A program made the position numbers and the translations under genes. A DNA stretch of 61,992 nt from Planctomycetota bacterium (GTDB lineage Bacteria > Planctomycetota > UBA1135), in NCBI GenBank assembly GCA_049609225.1, contig JBMYYH010000003.1:1-61992 (forward strand), given 5' to 3'. Below, piece by piece: positions 52,401-60,787 of the stretch (the first letter of the stretch is position 1; the number at the start of each line of letters is the position of its first letter). The notes below the pieces were generated by a model. The model was not told the DNA's origin and searched no databases. It was given only the letters and a program-made list of their open reading frames with translations.

Positions 52401-52625
52401 CAGCTCGGCGCAGAGTGGGCCGGGCCATTCCATGCCCTCCATGGCGCGCCCAAGATCCTTGAGCTTGCCGGTCTTATTCCAGGACAGGAGCAGCGCCTCT
52501 GAACGCAGCATCCGTTCGGTCTGGATCTCGAGGGGTGTGGCGGGGGCCGATGGACCTTCGGAGCATCCCATGAGGACACTCAGGCCGAGGGGCAGTGAAA
52601 TTGCGAGAAAATGGCGGAAAGCCAT
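49470..52625 (-). CDS. FG-GAP/ASPIC-UnbV (CRTAC1-like) lipoprotein with a C-terminal thioredoxin-like domain; interrupted by an in-frame TGA at 50652-50654 (candidate Sec658). The ORF track splits it into 50652..52625 and 49470..50630
   Basis: Lipobox LMG-C; DxDxDGxxD repeats on both sides of the TGA; ASPIC-like RDGLGAKV...GEGLGAQNS...IGIG...WPNG; WFTSCMAC; both halves are in the same frame. Confidence 0.75.
50620..50645 (-). promoter_or_regulatory. Candidate bacterial SECIS element
   Basis: UGA-AGUAAC-UUCU-G-GCGCAC-[AGUU]-GUGCGC-A-AGAA; the loop starts 17 nt after the UGA and has G at its second position. Confidence 0.7.
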
Positions 52626-52878
52626 GGTTTTGGTCGTGGTTTTGAGAGTGGGGGTTTAAGCCACATATCCATCGACAAATAGTCGAAAATCCTGTGGCTA
52701 TTAGAAGTTGGCAATCTCAGTGCGGGGCCACGGTCTTTTCATAAAAGGTGGGGGTGGAGCACTGGATGCACTCGACGAAATGGTTGCCCAAGGGTCGAGT
52801 CGAACCACCTATTTTAATCGATTCTGAGGTATATGGTTCCTCGTTCGCAGGAATATCACGCCAAATGGCCAAGAGAAA

Positions 52879-52899
52879 GGCGCACCCGGCAGGACTCGA
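52879..52899 (-). repeat. 21-bp duplication of the tRNA-Arg 3' end
   Basis: GGCGCACCCGGCAGGACTCGA occurs at 52879-52899 and at 53000-53020. Confidence 0.9.
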
Positions 52900-52998
52900 C
52901 CCGGAGGGGGGCTTGCTTCGCGAGCCCAACCTGCCTCCTAAGAGGCCAGCCTGGTGCTGAACGATCGCGCTTCGCGCTTGCGCGAAAAGCGCAGAGAG

Positions 52999-53075
52999 TG
53001 GCGCACCCGGCAGGACTCGAACCTGCGACCTTTGGTTTCGGAAACCAACACTCTATCCAGCTGAGCTACGGGTGC
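52999..53075 (-). tRNA. tRNA-Arg (anticodon CCG)
   Basis: GCACCCGTAGCTCAGCTGGATAGAGTGTTGGT-TTCCGAA-ACCAAAGGTCGCAGGTTCGAGTCCTGCCGGGTGCGCCA; 77-nt cloverleaf with encoded CCA. Confidence 0.97.
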
Positions 53076-53333
53076 ACTCCATAGAGGGCGCAACAGGATA
53101 GCGGGGCCCATATGACCCGTCTATGACTACCCCTAACTCCAGCGAATACAAAGACCTACGCAACTACTTTCGAGCCCCAGAATTCACTTTCCTGCAAAGA
53201 TTCACGAACCGAAAAGGGGTTACAAGGGTTGCACCTGTATCTAGAGCAAGCAAGCAAAAGCACGGAAATGGCGATTCCAAGCTCCCAAAGCTTGCTACCC
53301 TGAGAAACGCCGACAACTCCCCGTGTCGTCCTC

Positions 53334-54236
53334 ATGAAGTCCCCTCTTCCAAGTTTCGTTGTACCTGCCGCCTTCCTGGGTGTTTTAGCCTGGGCTGTGG
53401 ATGGCCTACCAGAGGCTCAGTTGGAGGCATCCATGGTGTCTGCAGCCGTCATGGTCGACACCGACATGGATGGGCTCGATGATGTCCTGGAGCAACGCTT
53501 CAACACGCTGGCCGACAACGATGACACCGATGGGGATACCCTGCGCGACTTCGATGAGCTCCTCATGGGGCTGAATCCAGTCGTCGCAGATGACCTGAAC
53601 AACCTGCCGGCAGTGCACCCAGGGCTGCGAATTGAGGCCTACTCCTCAGGAAACGAGCTGGTCCTGCAGATTGCTGCTGTGCGCGAGCACAACGTCCGCC
53701 ACATGCGTCTGTTCTGGGCAACGCCCAACAACTTCCATGAGGTCCGCCCGACCTCCTTGGCGCAAATGCCGCACGATCACCGTGTCTTGAGCTCTTCCAT
53801 GCCTGGTTATGAGCTCGAGGTTTACCGTGTCACCCTGCCGCTCGGAGTCTTCCTGAACCAGCCCACCCTGGCGATTGCCGCCAAGGGGCGCTTGGATGGC
53901 CAGTACTTCGCCGATCAGATCCAGCTCACCAACATGAATGGAACTCTGATGGAATGGCGTCCGGATGGCATTGGCGCGCAGTCCTCTTCGCAGGGCAGCG
54001 GCGGCGGCCTGTTCCCGACCGACCCCAGTGGCCAAGTGCCTGGTGAGCTTCGTGCTGGCGAAGTTTGCCTGCAGACTTTGGCTCAAATCGGTGCGCTCGG
54101 TGGCGGCCAGGTCCTTTACCAGGTGTCTGATAGCTACTGCGGGTTCATGCCCAATGCTGTCTGCTTCTCGAGCTGCTCCGCGGCCGTAGGCGATAGTTTG
54201 GTCGGCGTCGACATCATTGGCCTCTTGGCTAACTAG
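53334..54236 (+). CDS. Exported protein with acidic calcium-binding-type (DxDxDG) repeats and a Cys-rich C-terminus
   Basis: DTDMDGLDD, DTDGDTLRD; four Cys near the C-terminus. Confidence 0.75.
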   Translation: MKSPLPSFVVPAAFLGVLAWAVDGLPEAQLEASMVSAAVMVDTDMDGLDDVLEQRFNTLADNDDTDGDTLRDFDELLMGLNPVVADDLNNLPAVHPGLRIEAYSSGNELVLQIAAVREHNVRHMRLFWATPNNFHEVRPTSLAQMPHDHRVLSSSMPGYELEVYRVTLPLGVFLNQPTLAIAAKGRLDGQYFADQIQLTNMNGTLMEWRPDGIGAQSSSQGSGGGLFPTDPSGQVPGELRAGEVCLQTLAQIGALGGGQVLYQVSDSYCGFMPNAVCFSSCSAAVGDSLVGVDIIGLLAN

Positions 54237-54382
54237 GAATCCTGGTTTCTTGGGCATGCGGCCATCGACGGCCCGGCGAGGAAACCCCTTGGAAGAACTA
54301 AGCCTTTCTATTATAAAGGCTTACGGCCTAGAGTTGCGCAGCACCCCGCCCTGGGGAATGCCCCGGAAATCGATTGTTTTAC

Positions 54383-54412
54383 GGAACCAGGCCGCCCTTC
54401 ACCCTGTCCTAA
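54383..54412 (+). promoter_or_regulatory. ECF (sigmaE-like) promoter, probably autoregulatory
   Basis: GGAACC-N17-GTCCTAA, 15 nt upstream of the ECF sigma start. Confidence 0.6.
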
Positions 54413-54427
54413 CTCTGGTGCTAGACC

Positions 54428-55042
54428 TTGCCTGATCCCGACCAAGCGCTCGTCGAAGCGTGCCAAAAGGCCGATGGACAGGATTTCGAAGAGGCCTATC
54501 GCCAGCTTTTCGTTCTTTACCAAGACAGGGTCTACACGATCTGCCTCCGTGTCGCTGGCAACCAAGAGGATGCCCTAGATGCGGCTCAGGAGACGATGGT
54601 GACCCTTGCACGCAGGATCAAGGATTTTGCTTTTCGCAGTCGCTTCTCTTCTTGGGTCTACCGCATTGCCGTCAACGCGGCGATCGACTCCCGCAGACGC
54701 AGACTCGATGCACCTCGCGCTGGGGTCCAGACCACCGTCGGCAATGCCGAAGGGGACCGTCAGCTGCAACAGGTAGCTGCGGAAGAAAAGCATGCGGATC
54801 CTGTGCAAGAACTCGCCCGTACCGAGAACCAAGAGCTCATTCAGGATGCTCTTGGGCGTATGAATCCCAAGTTCGCCGCGTTGCTCGTCCTTCGATACAT
54901 CGAGGGCCTTAGCTACGAGGAGATTGCCGAGGTTCAAGAATGCAGTCTCGGCACCGTGAAATCCCGTCTAAGTCGAGCTCATGGCTCGTTGAAGGAGTTC
55001 CTTCAACACCGTGGCTTCGATCCCTCTGAACTGTCCCCCTGA
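54428..55042 (+). CDS. ECF sigma factor (RpoE-like)
   Basis: DAAQET, FSSWVYRIAVN, GLSYEEIAE...GTVKSRLSRA; TTG start. Confidence 0.93.
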   Translation: MPDPDQALVEACQKADGQDFEEAYRQLFVLYQDRVYTICLRVAGNQEDALDAAQETMVTLARRIKDFAFRSRFSSWVYRIAVNAAIDSRRRRLDAPRAGVQTTVGNAEGDRQLQQVAAEEKHADPVQELARTENQELIQDALGRMNPKFAALLVLRYIEGLSYEEIAEVQECSLGTVKSRLSRAHGSLKEFLQHRGFDPSELSP

Positions 55043-55050
55043 TTTCTCTC

Positions 55051-55551
55051 ATGAACTCTCAACCCGAAAACCACGAGCCGTCGCGCCAGACCATCCAGGA
55101 TCTGCGTGCGCTTGGTGGTGTCCAAGCTCCAGAAGAGCTGTGGCAGCGGGTGCAGGATGAGCGGAATCTACGGGCTTTGGGCGCCGTTTCAGCCCCAAAG
55201 GAGCTTTGGAGCCAGGTTCAGAATGAGCTTGGTGCCCCCCAAGAGGCACCCGTTACCGCCGATCCAGCCCCTGCGGGCAAAGTCCTGCGTCCAAGCTTCC
55301 TCAGCCGCCGTTGGGCCGCTGCAGCAGCTGTCGTGGTCCTGAGCGGTATTGCCCTCCTCAGCGAAAGCCCGAAATCGGGCGTCAGCAGCGTCGACACGGA
55401 TCTGGTCCTGGCTCAAGCCACCCCAGAATCGGAGCGTCGTGCCTATCAGGCCAAGCTGAATTTCGTCGATGGAGATCCATCCGAGATGTCCCTGGTCGCA
55501 AAAGGCCTGGCCGCATCCCTCGGAGGCCTTATGGTGGAGGACGACGCCTGA
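55051..55551 (+). CDS. Putative anti-sigma factor (RseA/MucA position)
   Basis: Single TM helix; tandem internal repeat LRALGGVQAPEELWQRVQ / LRALGAVSAPKELWSQVQ. Confidence 0.7.
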   Translation: MNSQPENHEPSRQTIQDLRALGGVQAPEELWQRVQDERNLRALGAVSAPKELWSQVQNELGAPQEAPVTADPAPAGKVLRPSFLSRRWAAAAAVVVLSGIALLSESPKSGVSSVDTDLVLAQATPESERRAYQAKLNFVDGDPSEMSLVAKGLAASLGGLMVEDDA

Positions 55552-56594
55552 TGCGTTTCTTCCCCCTTCTTTCCCCCGCGATCGTGGCACTTTTCATACT
55601 GGCGTGTCAGCCAGCTGCGGATGGGGGTGCAGAGAGCAGTTCGCTCGCCCTGACTCAAGGAGCGGGTGGAGCCGGAACGAAGGTGGGGCAAAACCCCCAG
55701 GCTTACACCATTCGGGAGTTCGTCTATCCCGAAGAGCAAGATCTGGAGATCACTTGGGTGGTCGAGTCACTCCTGCCGAATGGCTTGTACGAGCGTTATG
55801 AAGAACGTCTTCATGCTGATGGTACCGGTCAAACACGTTTGGACTTGCTGAGCTATGCCCCGGACCTTGTCCAGGCCATGGTGGCACCCACCAGCCAGCA
55901 GGTGATGGACTACGAAAACCGCATGCGATTCCTGGTCAAGTACCGCAATCCGCATGTCCGTTCCTTCCGTGCCGCCGGCATGAACTTCCAGTGGATCGAG
56001 GACCCGAACCTGGTGCAGGTTGCTGGAATCGATTGCATTCGGACCACCGCGAAGTCGCGCCATGGCCATGGCGATATCGAGTTCCTGTCCGATGCCCAAA
56101 CCGACATGGTCCTTGGCTGGACCAAGTTCGCACCGAATGGCAGCGTCCTCATGAAGCTGGAAACCACTTCGGTGAACACCGTGTCGCCGAACCACACGGG
56201 CGTGACTTGGTCGTCCGCCATCGTGGGGGAACAGCATTTCCTTCCAGGCGATGCGCACCTGCTGGCCTTTGAGCCATCGGTGCCGGGGTATCTCCCGACG
56301 GGTTTCTTCGCGGAAGAGAACTGGATTCGTTTCAGCGCCGGCTTGTTCCCTGGCATGTCCGACATGCTGGTGAACCTTTACTCCGATGGTGTGCACCTCA
56401 TCTTCGTGGCGCAGCACAACCAGAAGATCTTCGGCACTCAGATGCAGATTGCCAATAAGGTGGTCGACGTCCAGCAGTACGACCTCGGTGGCATCCGCGT
56501 GGCAGAAGGCACGCTGGGCAAACGGAAATACTACGTCGCGAGCATGTTATCGCTCGACGAGATCCGCACCGTTTTCGGCTCTCTCCTCGAGTAG
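55551..56594 (+). CDS. MucB/RseB-like periplasmic lipoprotein
   Basis: TGATG coupling; lipobox ILA-C; VAGIDC, D-x-Q-T-x-MVL, PGYLPTGF, YSDG motifs as in RseB/LolA-fold proteins. Confidence 0.65.
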   Translation: MRFFPLLSPAIVALFILACQPAADGGAESSSLALTQGAGGAGTKVGQNPQAYTIREFVYPEEQDLEITWVVESLLPNGLYERYEERLHADGTGQTRLDLLSYAPDLVQAMVAPTSQQVMDYENRMRFLVKYRNPHVRSFRAAGMNFQWIEDPNLVQVAGIDCIRTTAKSRHGHGDIEFLSDAQTDMVLGWTKFAPNGSVLMKLETTSVNTVSPNHTGVTWSSAIVGEQHFLPGDAHLLAFEPSVPGYLPTGFFAEENWIRFSAGLFPGMSDMLVNLYSDGVHLIFVAQHNQKIFGTQMQIANKVVDVQQYDLGGIRVAEGTLGKRKYYVASMLSLDEIRTVFGSLLE

Positions 56595-56618
56595 AAAGAA
56601 GCCCTCGCCCCCTCCAGG

Positions 56619-56640
56619 AACCGCCTTTTGGCGGTTTTTT
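56619..56640 (+). terminator. Intrinsic terminator
   Basis: CCGCC-TTTT-GGCGG followed by TTTTTT. Confidence 0.8.
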
Positions 56641-56706
56641 GCGTTTTAGGGTTAGGTGACGCCAGCCTGGGCCGCAAATGGGTCACCCAAATTCCATTGG
56701 CCCATC

Positions 56707-58443
56707 ATGCTTGCCACCCTTCCTGCAATTCTCCTTCTAGCGGCTCTTCAGGAGCCGTCCTCGGTTCCCGGTGCCTATCGTGGCCCCGAAGACGAGACTC
56801 TATTGGAGTTCGTTTCCCACGGCAGTACCGCCGGGGGAACCGGCTCTCCAGGTCAGATCATGCATCCCTTTACAGGCGGTTGGGACCGCTGGGAGTTCTG
56901 GTTTGAACACGAGCGCGACGTCCTTTTCCGTGGTGAACCCGATTTCCCTGCCCGCGCGGTCAATGACCGAGGTACCTATGGCACCGAAGATTGGGCCGTC
57001 GAGCGCCAGGACCTGCTCCTGACCTCGATCCCACTGCTTATCGACGCCCTGGATTCCGATCTCCCCGCCGTGCGTGAGGCTGCTGCCCTGTCGCTCGGAC
57101 GCATCGGCTACTCCTCCGCAGACTTCTTCCTGCAGCGCGCGACGCAGGACAAGGTGGAATCGGTCCGTCAAGCTGCGTACATGGGCCTCGGACTCATCTC
57201 CTCCGAGCCTGGTGTCAGCTTCCTGGTGGAGGTCTTTGAGGAGGATCACGATGCCTCCACCCGCGCCTTTGCCGCTCTCGGCTTGGGCCTCTCCGGCCGT
57301 GTCGAAGCTGGCTCCGCCCTGAAGGTCTACCTCAACAGTGTGCTCTACGGTGAGAGTTGGAACTCCGACGAGGACCTCACTTTGGCAGCCATGGTCGCTG
57401 CCGGTGTGCACGGTTCGCACGACTTCACGCCGCTGTTGATGAGCTTGCTGGAGGCGACTTCCAAGAAGAAGGGCAACCACCGCTTGGTTTCGGCCGCGAT
57501 CCAGAGCCTTGGCGCTTTGCAGGATTCGCGCGCCCGTCCGATGCTCGAGGAGATGCTCCAGAGCAAGGGCGATCGTATCCCAGAAGCTGCTGCCCAAGCA
57601 CTCGGACGTCTCGGTGACCGCGCCGCCGTCCTCGCCTTGGCCGACATCTACCAGGAATCGCACGACACCCGTCTGCGTTCCTACAGCCTCCTGGCGATGG
57701 GACGTCTGGGTGGACGCCAGGCCGAGGTGAAGCTGAAGGAGCTGCGTCCGGAGAAGAAGGAAGAGGAGAGCATCCACGCTTCCTGGGCTTTGGCCGCCGG
57801 CATGTGCCGCCTGGATGGTGCTTACCCACAGCTGGTTTCGACTCTGCTTTACGGCACCGATGACCGTGAGCATGAAGAGGACCGCGCGCCGCGTCGGGAT
57901 GAAGAGGTGCTGCGTGGTGCTGCCGCGATGGCGCTCGGACTCTACGGTGCCCCTGGTGCCAAGTCGCAGATCTCCTTGTGCCTCGATGCCGACGGTGTCG
58001 ACCCTTCCTTCCGCGGTTATCTGGCCATGGGCCTTGGCATGCTCGCCACCCACCCGGCGGATGAGCTGCTGCTGGAGCTGGCTAAGGATCGTGAAGCACC
58101 GATTCAGACCCGTCGCGGTATCGCTGCCGGTCTGGGACGCAGTAACTCGGAGCGCACCAGCGTCGCATTGGTCGACATGCTGATTCGCGACCAGGACGAC
58201 AGCGTCCGCTGGGCTGCATCCCGCGCCCTTGCGACCTCCCGTTCGACCGCCGCACTGCGTCGCCTGGCGCAGCAGTTGCGCACCGAACTGGACCGCAAGG
58301 AGCACGATCCGCAGACTGCGCACTTGGTCCTCGGGTTGGGCTTCCTGGGCGACGCCCACGATGGAGCCACCATCTCTAGTATGTTGGCTGGTATGGACTT
58401 CCGTCAAGAGAGCCGCCTTCTGGTGGCCCTGCGAAAGTACTAA
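56707..58443 (+). CDS. Secreted HEAT-repeat protein
   Basis: Repeats VREAAALSLG, VRQAAYMGLG, AAQALGRLG, VRWAASRALA; signal-like start MLATLPAILLL. Confidence 0.88.
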   Translation: MLATLPAILLLAALQEPSSVPGAYRGPEDETLLEFVSHGSTAGGTGSPGQIMHPFTGGWDRWEFWFEHERDVLFRGEPDFPARAVNDRGTYGTEDWAVERQDLLLTSIPLLIDALDSDLPAVREAAALSLGRIGYSSADFFLQRATQDKVESVRQAAYMGLGLISSEPGVSFLVEVFEEDHDASTRAFAALGLGLSGRVEAGSALKVYLNSVLYGESWNSDEDLTLAAMVAAGVHGSHDFTPLLMSLLEATSKKKGNHRLVSAAIQSLGALQDSRARPMLEEMLQSKGDRIPEAAAQALGRLGDRAAVLALADIYQESHDTRLRSYSLLAMGRLGGRQAEVKLKELRPEKKEEESIHASWALAAGMCRLDGAYPQLVSTLLYGTDDREHEEDRAPRRDEEVLRGAAAMALGLYGAPGAKSQISLCLDADGVDPSFRGYLAMGLGMLATHPADELLLELAKDREAPIQTRRGIAAGLGRSNSERTSVALVDMLIRDQDDSVRWAASRALATSRSTAALRRLAQQLRTELDRKEHDPQTAHLVLGLGFLGDAHDGATISSMLAGMDFRQESRLLVALRKY

Positions 58444-58501
58444 GATTCCTGCGGGAATGTCATTCTGGGGGTAGGATTCGTTGAACCCGATCCCCCGGAA
58501 C

Positions 58502-58816
58502 ATGACAAACCCTTTTCATCCAGACTCCCACCAGCAACTGACCGACCCCAGCTATCGGGCGGCCATGCTGGTCAAGATCGAAGCACTGATTTCGGTCCTT
58601 CAGGTTGCGCGCACCAAAGTGGTGCGCAACCTTGATACCCCCGGTGCCGATGCCGCTCGACTTGCTCGGGTGAAGCTTCAAGTGGAGAACACATTGAAGG
58701 TATGTCGCAAGGCGCAGACAGCCCTGCGCGGTTCCGAGCCGATCTCCGATGAAGAGATCCTCAACACCGACATCGATGCGCTCTGCTCCCAACTGAGCGC
58801 GATGCCGATGGAGTAA
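58502..58816 (+). CDS. Small helical hypothetical protein
   Basis: About 104 aa, amphipathic helices, codon usage like the neighbours. Confidence 0.65.
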   Translation: MTNPFHPDSHQQLTDPSYRAAMLVKIEALISVLQVARTKVVRNLDTPGADAARLARVKLQVENTLKVCRKAQTALRGSEPISDEEILNTDIDALCSQLSAMPME

Positions 58817-58817
58817 G

Positions 58818-59213
58818 TCAGGGGCCGAGAGCGATAAGCTTCATTGTCAGTCCCATGATGGTTGCCCAGGTGAGATTGACTAGGGTTCCACCGAGAAAGA
58901 ATCCAGGGTTCTCCTGAATCTGTTCCTTTCGCACGAGGGATTTGCCGGCGATGATGAGTGCGATTCCCGTGGTTGCCCCAGCAAGAATGAACATCAGGGT
59001 CAGCAGGTTTTCCATTTTCCCGATAACGACACTCGCAGGGAAGCGCCCCTCATAGGCAACTGCTTCGGGCTTATCCTGAGGAGAGTCATCTTTCTCTTCC
59101 GGTGGCGCGAAGAAAAAGCGGAGTATTGGTCCACTCAATAAAAGCGTGACGATAGTTCCAATCGCGATGACTAGCGCCTTAGCCTCTAAGGAATGAGCAA
59201 GTGGTAGTTCCAT
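58818..59213 (-). CDS. Membrane protein resembling the C-terminal half of DUF3307 proteins (usual SatD partner)
   Basis: IGKMENLL...AGKSLVR...FLGGTLVN pattern; three TM helices. Confidence 0.65.
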   Translation of the reverse strand: MELPLAHSLEAKALVIAIGTIVTLLLSGPILRFFFAPPEEKDDSPQDKPEAVAYEGRFPASVVIGKMENLLTLMFILAGATTGIALIIAGKSLVRKEQIQENPGFFLGGTLVNLTWATIMGLTMKLIALGP

Positions 59214-59215
59214 AG

Positions 59216-59866
59216 TTAGTGCCTATCCTGGAGATGAGTGAGGTATTCACGGATGGAATCTTCCATCGCGAAAAGGTGTTTCGCATGGGCGGCTTTGAGT
59301 GCTTCGGAGATGGATTGTTGACGAATACCCAAGGCCTCGGCCGCAGCTTGCTGGGTGTGCACCCGGCGAATGGCATGCGTAGCCTGGGCTCGTGACGGTT
59401 TCCAGTCTTCCATGATGTCTGCGTGGAGCCTGGCGGCCGCTTCGATGAGAGTTGTCATGGGGGTTGGGATCCAATCGATTTGCATCCCAAACAACAGACC
59501 CTGATTCTCCGTTCGCTGAAGTGTCTGCGCAGCCAAGTGGAAGGCGGATCCATCCATGTCAGGCGCATAGTTGGAACTTTGGCCAACATCGATTTCACCG
59601 GAGGCAATTGCGACGCGGAATTTCGCCGGCCAAATCTTTAAATTCAGGATGGCCACGAAGTCAAAGGCGTGGTCGAGGCGAAGGAGGAGGCCAGAGACTT
59701 CGTCCATTCCCTTGGTCGTTACTGGGTTGGCTGCCCAATGGTCAGGCCAGCGATTCGCAAGTTCTTGAAGGACTTCCTCAATCACCTCTGCAAGGTGGGT
59801 GCGGTTCTGTTGCTTTCGCGAGCCCACAAGGTCCGCGACTAATGCGAATCGTTCTCCGGTATCCAC
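59216..59866 (-). CDS. SatD-family protein (nucleotide-cyclase-like fold with a C-terminal HTH)
   Basis: ALVADLVGSR, TKGMDEVSG, DGSAFHLA, TQQAAAEALGIRQQSIS; start placed at GTG 59866 (ORF track gives 59902). Confidence 0.8.
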   Translation of the reverse strand: MDTGERFALVADLVGSRKQQNRTHLAEVIEEVLQELANRWPDHWAANPVTTKGMDEVSGLLLRLDHAFDFVAILNLKIWPAKFRVAIASGEIDVGQSSNYAPDMDGSAFHLAAQTLQRTENQGLLFGMQIDWIPTPMTTLIEAAARLHADIMEDWKPSRAQATHAIRRVHTQQAAAEALGIRQQSISEALKAAHAKHLFAMEDSIREYLTHLQDRH

Positions 59867-59923
59867 CAATGCATAATACAGGCGTTTTCGCCTGAAAACC
59901 AAAAAAACAGACTAAAAAACCTG

Positions 59924-60778
59924 TCAAGTGCCCCAATCCCGCGCGTAGCGGTAATCCAGGTTCACGGTACGACTGGCGACCTTGGCGATCAGCGGCGGGC
60001 GTCGCTTGTACTGGTTGAGGCGGACGCGGCGGGCGATGGCGTCGATGAACTTGGGATCGAAGCCTTCCTGCTCGAGCACTTCTGGGGCATGACGTCGGTC
60101 GATCATGCGGAAGAGGAGGGCGTCGATGGCATCGTAGGAATAGCCGAGTTCCTCTTCGTCGGTCTGGCCATCCCAAAGGTCTGCGGAGGGTGGGCGATTG
60201 ATGATGCCAATCGGAACACCGAGATGCCGCGACAATGCGACCACCTGTGATTTGTACAGATCGCCGATTGGATTGATGCCCGACGCCATGTCGCCATGTT
60301 GCGTGCCATAACCCAACATCAACTCGGTCTTGTTGGAGGTACCGAAGACCAGTCCGCCATCCCGCGCCGAACGATCGTAGAGCGTGATCATGCGTAGGCG
60401 CGAGAACACATTGCCCCGACGCAACCGCACCGCGTTGATGGATGTGTCATCCAAGTCCGGGTGCATCTTGAGATACGCATCGGCCATCGGCGAGATATCC
60501 ACCGTCTCCAGCGCGACGCCCGCATGTTCCGCCGACTCAATCGCAAGGGCCAGGGAATCCGGATGACTCTCGCGATAAGGCATGGCCACGGCGAGGACAT
60601 GCTCGGGTCCGAGCGCCCGCGCCGCGAGTTCCACCACCAAGGCACTGTCGATGCCACCGCTCAATCCCAACACCGCCTTCTTCATGCCGACGCGATGCGT
60701 CTCTTCACGCAGGAAGCGCACCAACACCCGCTCGGTCAGAGCGACGTTGCAGCCAGGCGGGGGAGGCATGTCGGACAT
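59924..60778 (-). CDS. nadE: NAD+ synthetase, synthetase domain only
   Basis: GLSGGIDS, GN-x-x-SRLRM, GTSNKTE, GYGTQHGD, DLYKSQV, PSADLWDGQTDE. Confidence 0.95.
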   Translation of the reverse strand: MSDMPPPPGCNVALTERVLVRFLREETHRVGMKKAVLGLSGGIDSALVVELAARALGPEHVLAVAMPYRESHPDSLALAIESAEHAGVALETVDISPMADAYLKMHPDLDDTSINAVRLRRGNVFSRLRMITLYDRSARDGGLVFGTSNKTELMLGYGTQHGDMASGINPIGDLYKSQVVALSRHLGVPIGIINRPPSADLWDGQTDEEELGYSYDAIDALLFRMIDRRHAPEVLEQEGFDPKFIDAIARRVRLNQYKRRPPLIAKVASRTVNLDYRYARDWGT

Positions 60779-60787
60779 GGCGATTCT

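Noticed and set aside
44426-52899. Genomic island bounded by the tRNA-Arg repeat
   Set aside because: The two repeat copies enclose only 100 bp, and no integrase or more distant att copy was noticed
59879-59923. LexA/SOS box upstream of satD
   Set aside because: The sites read CAG-N10-CTG, the reverse arrangement of the CTG-N10-CAG box
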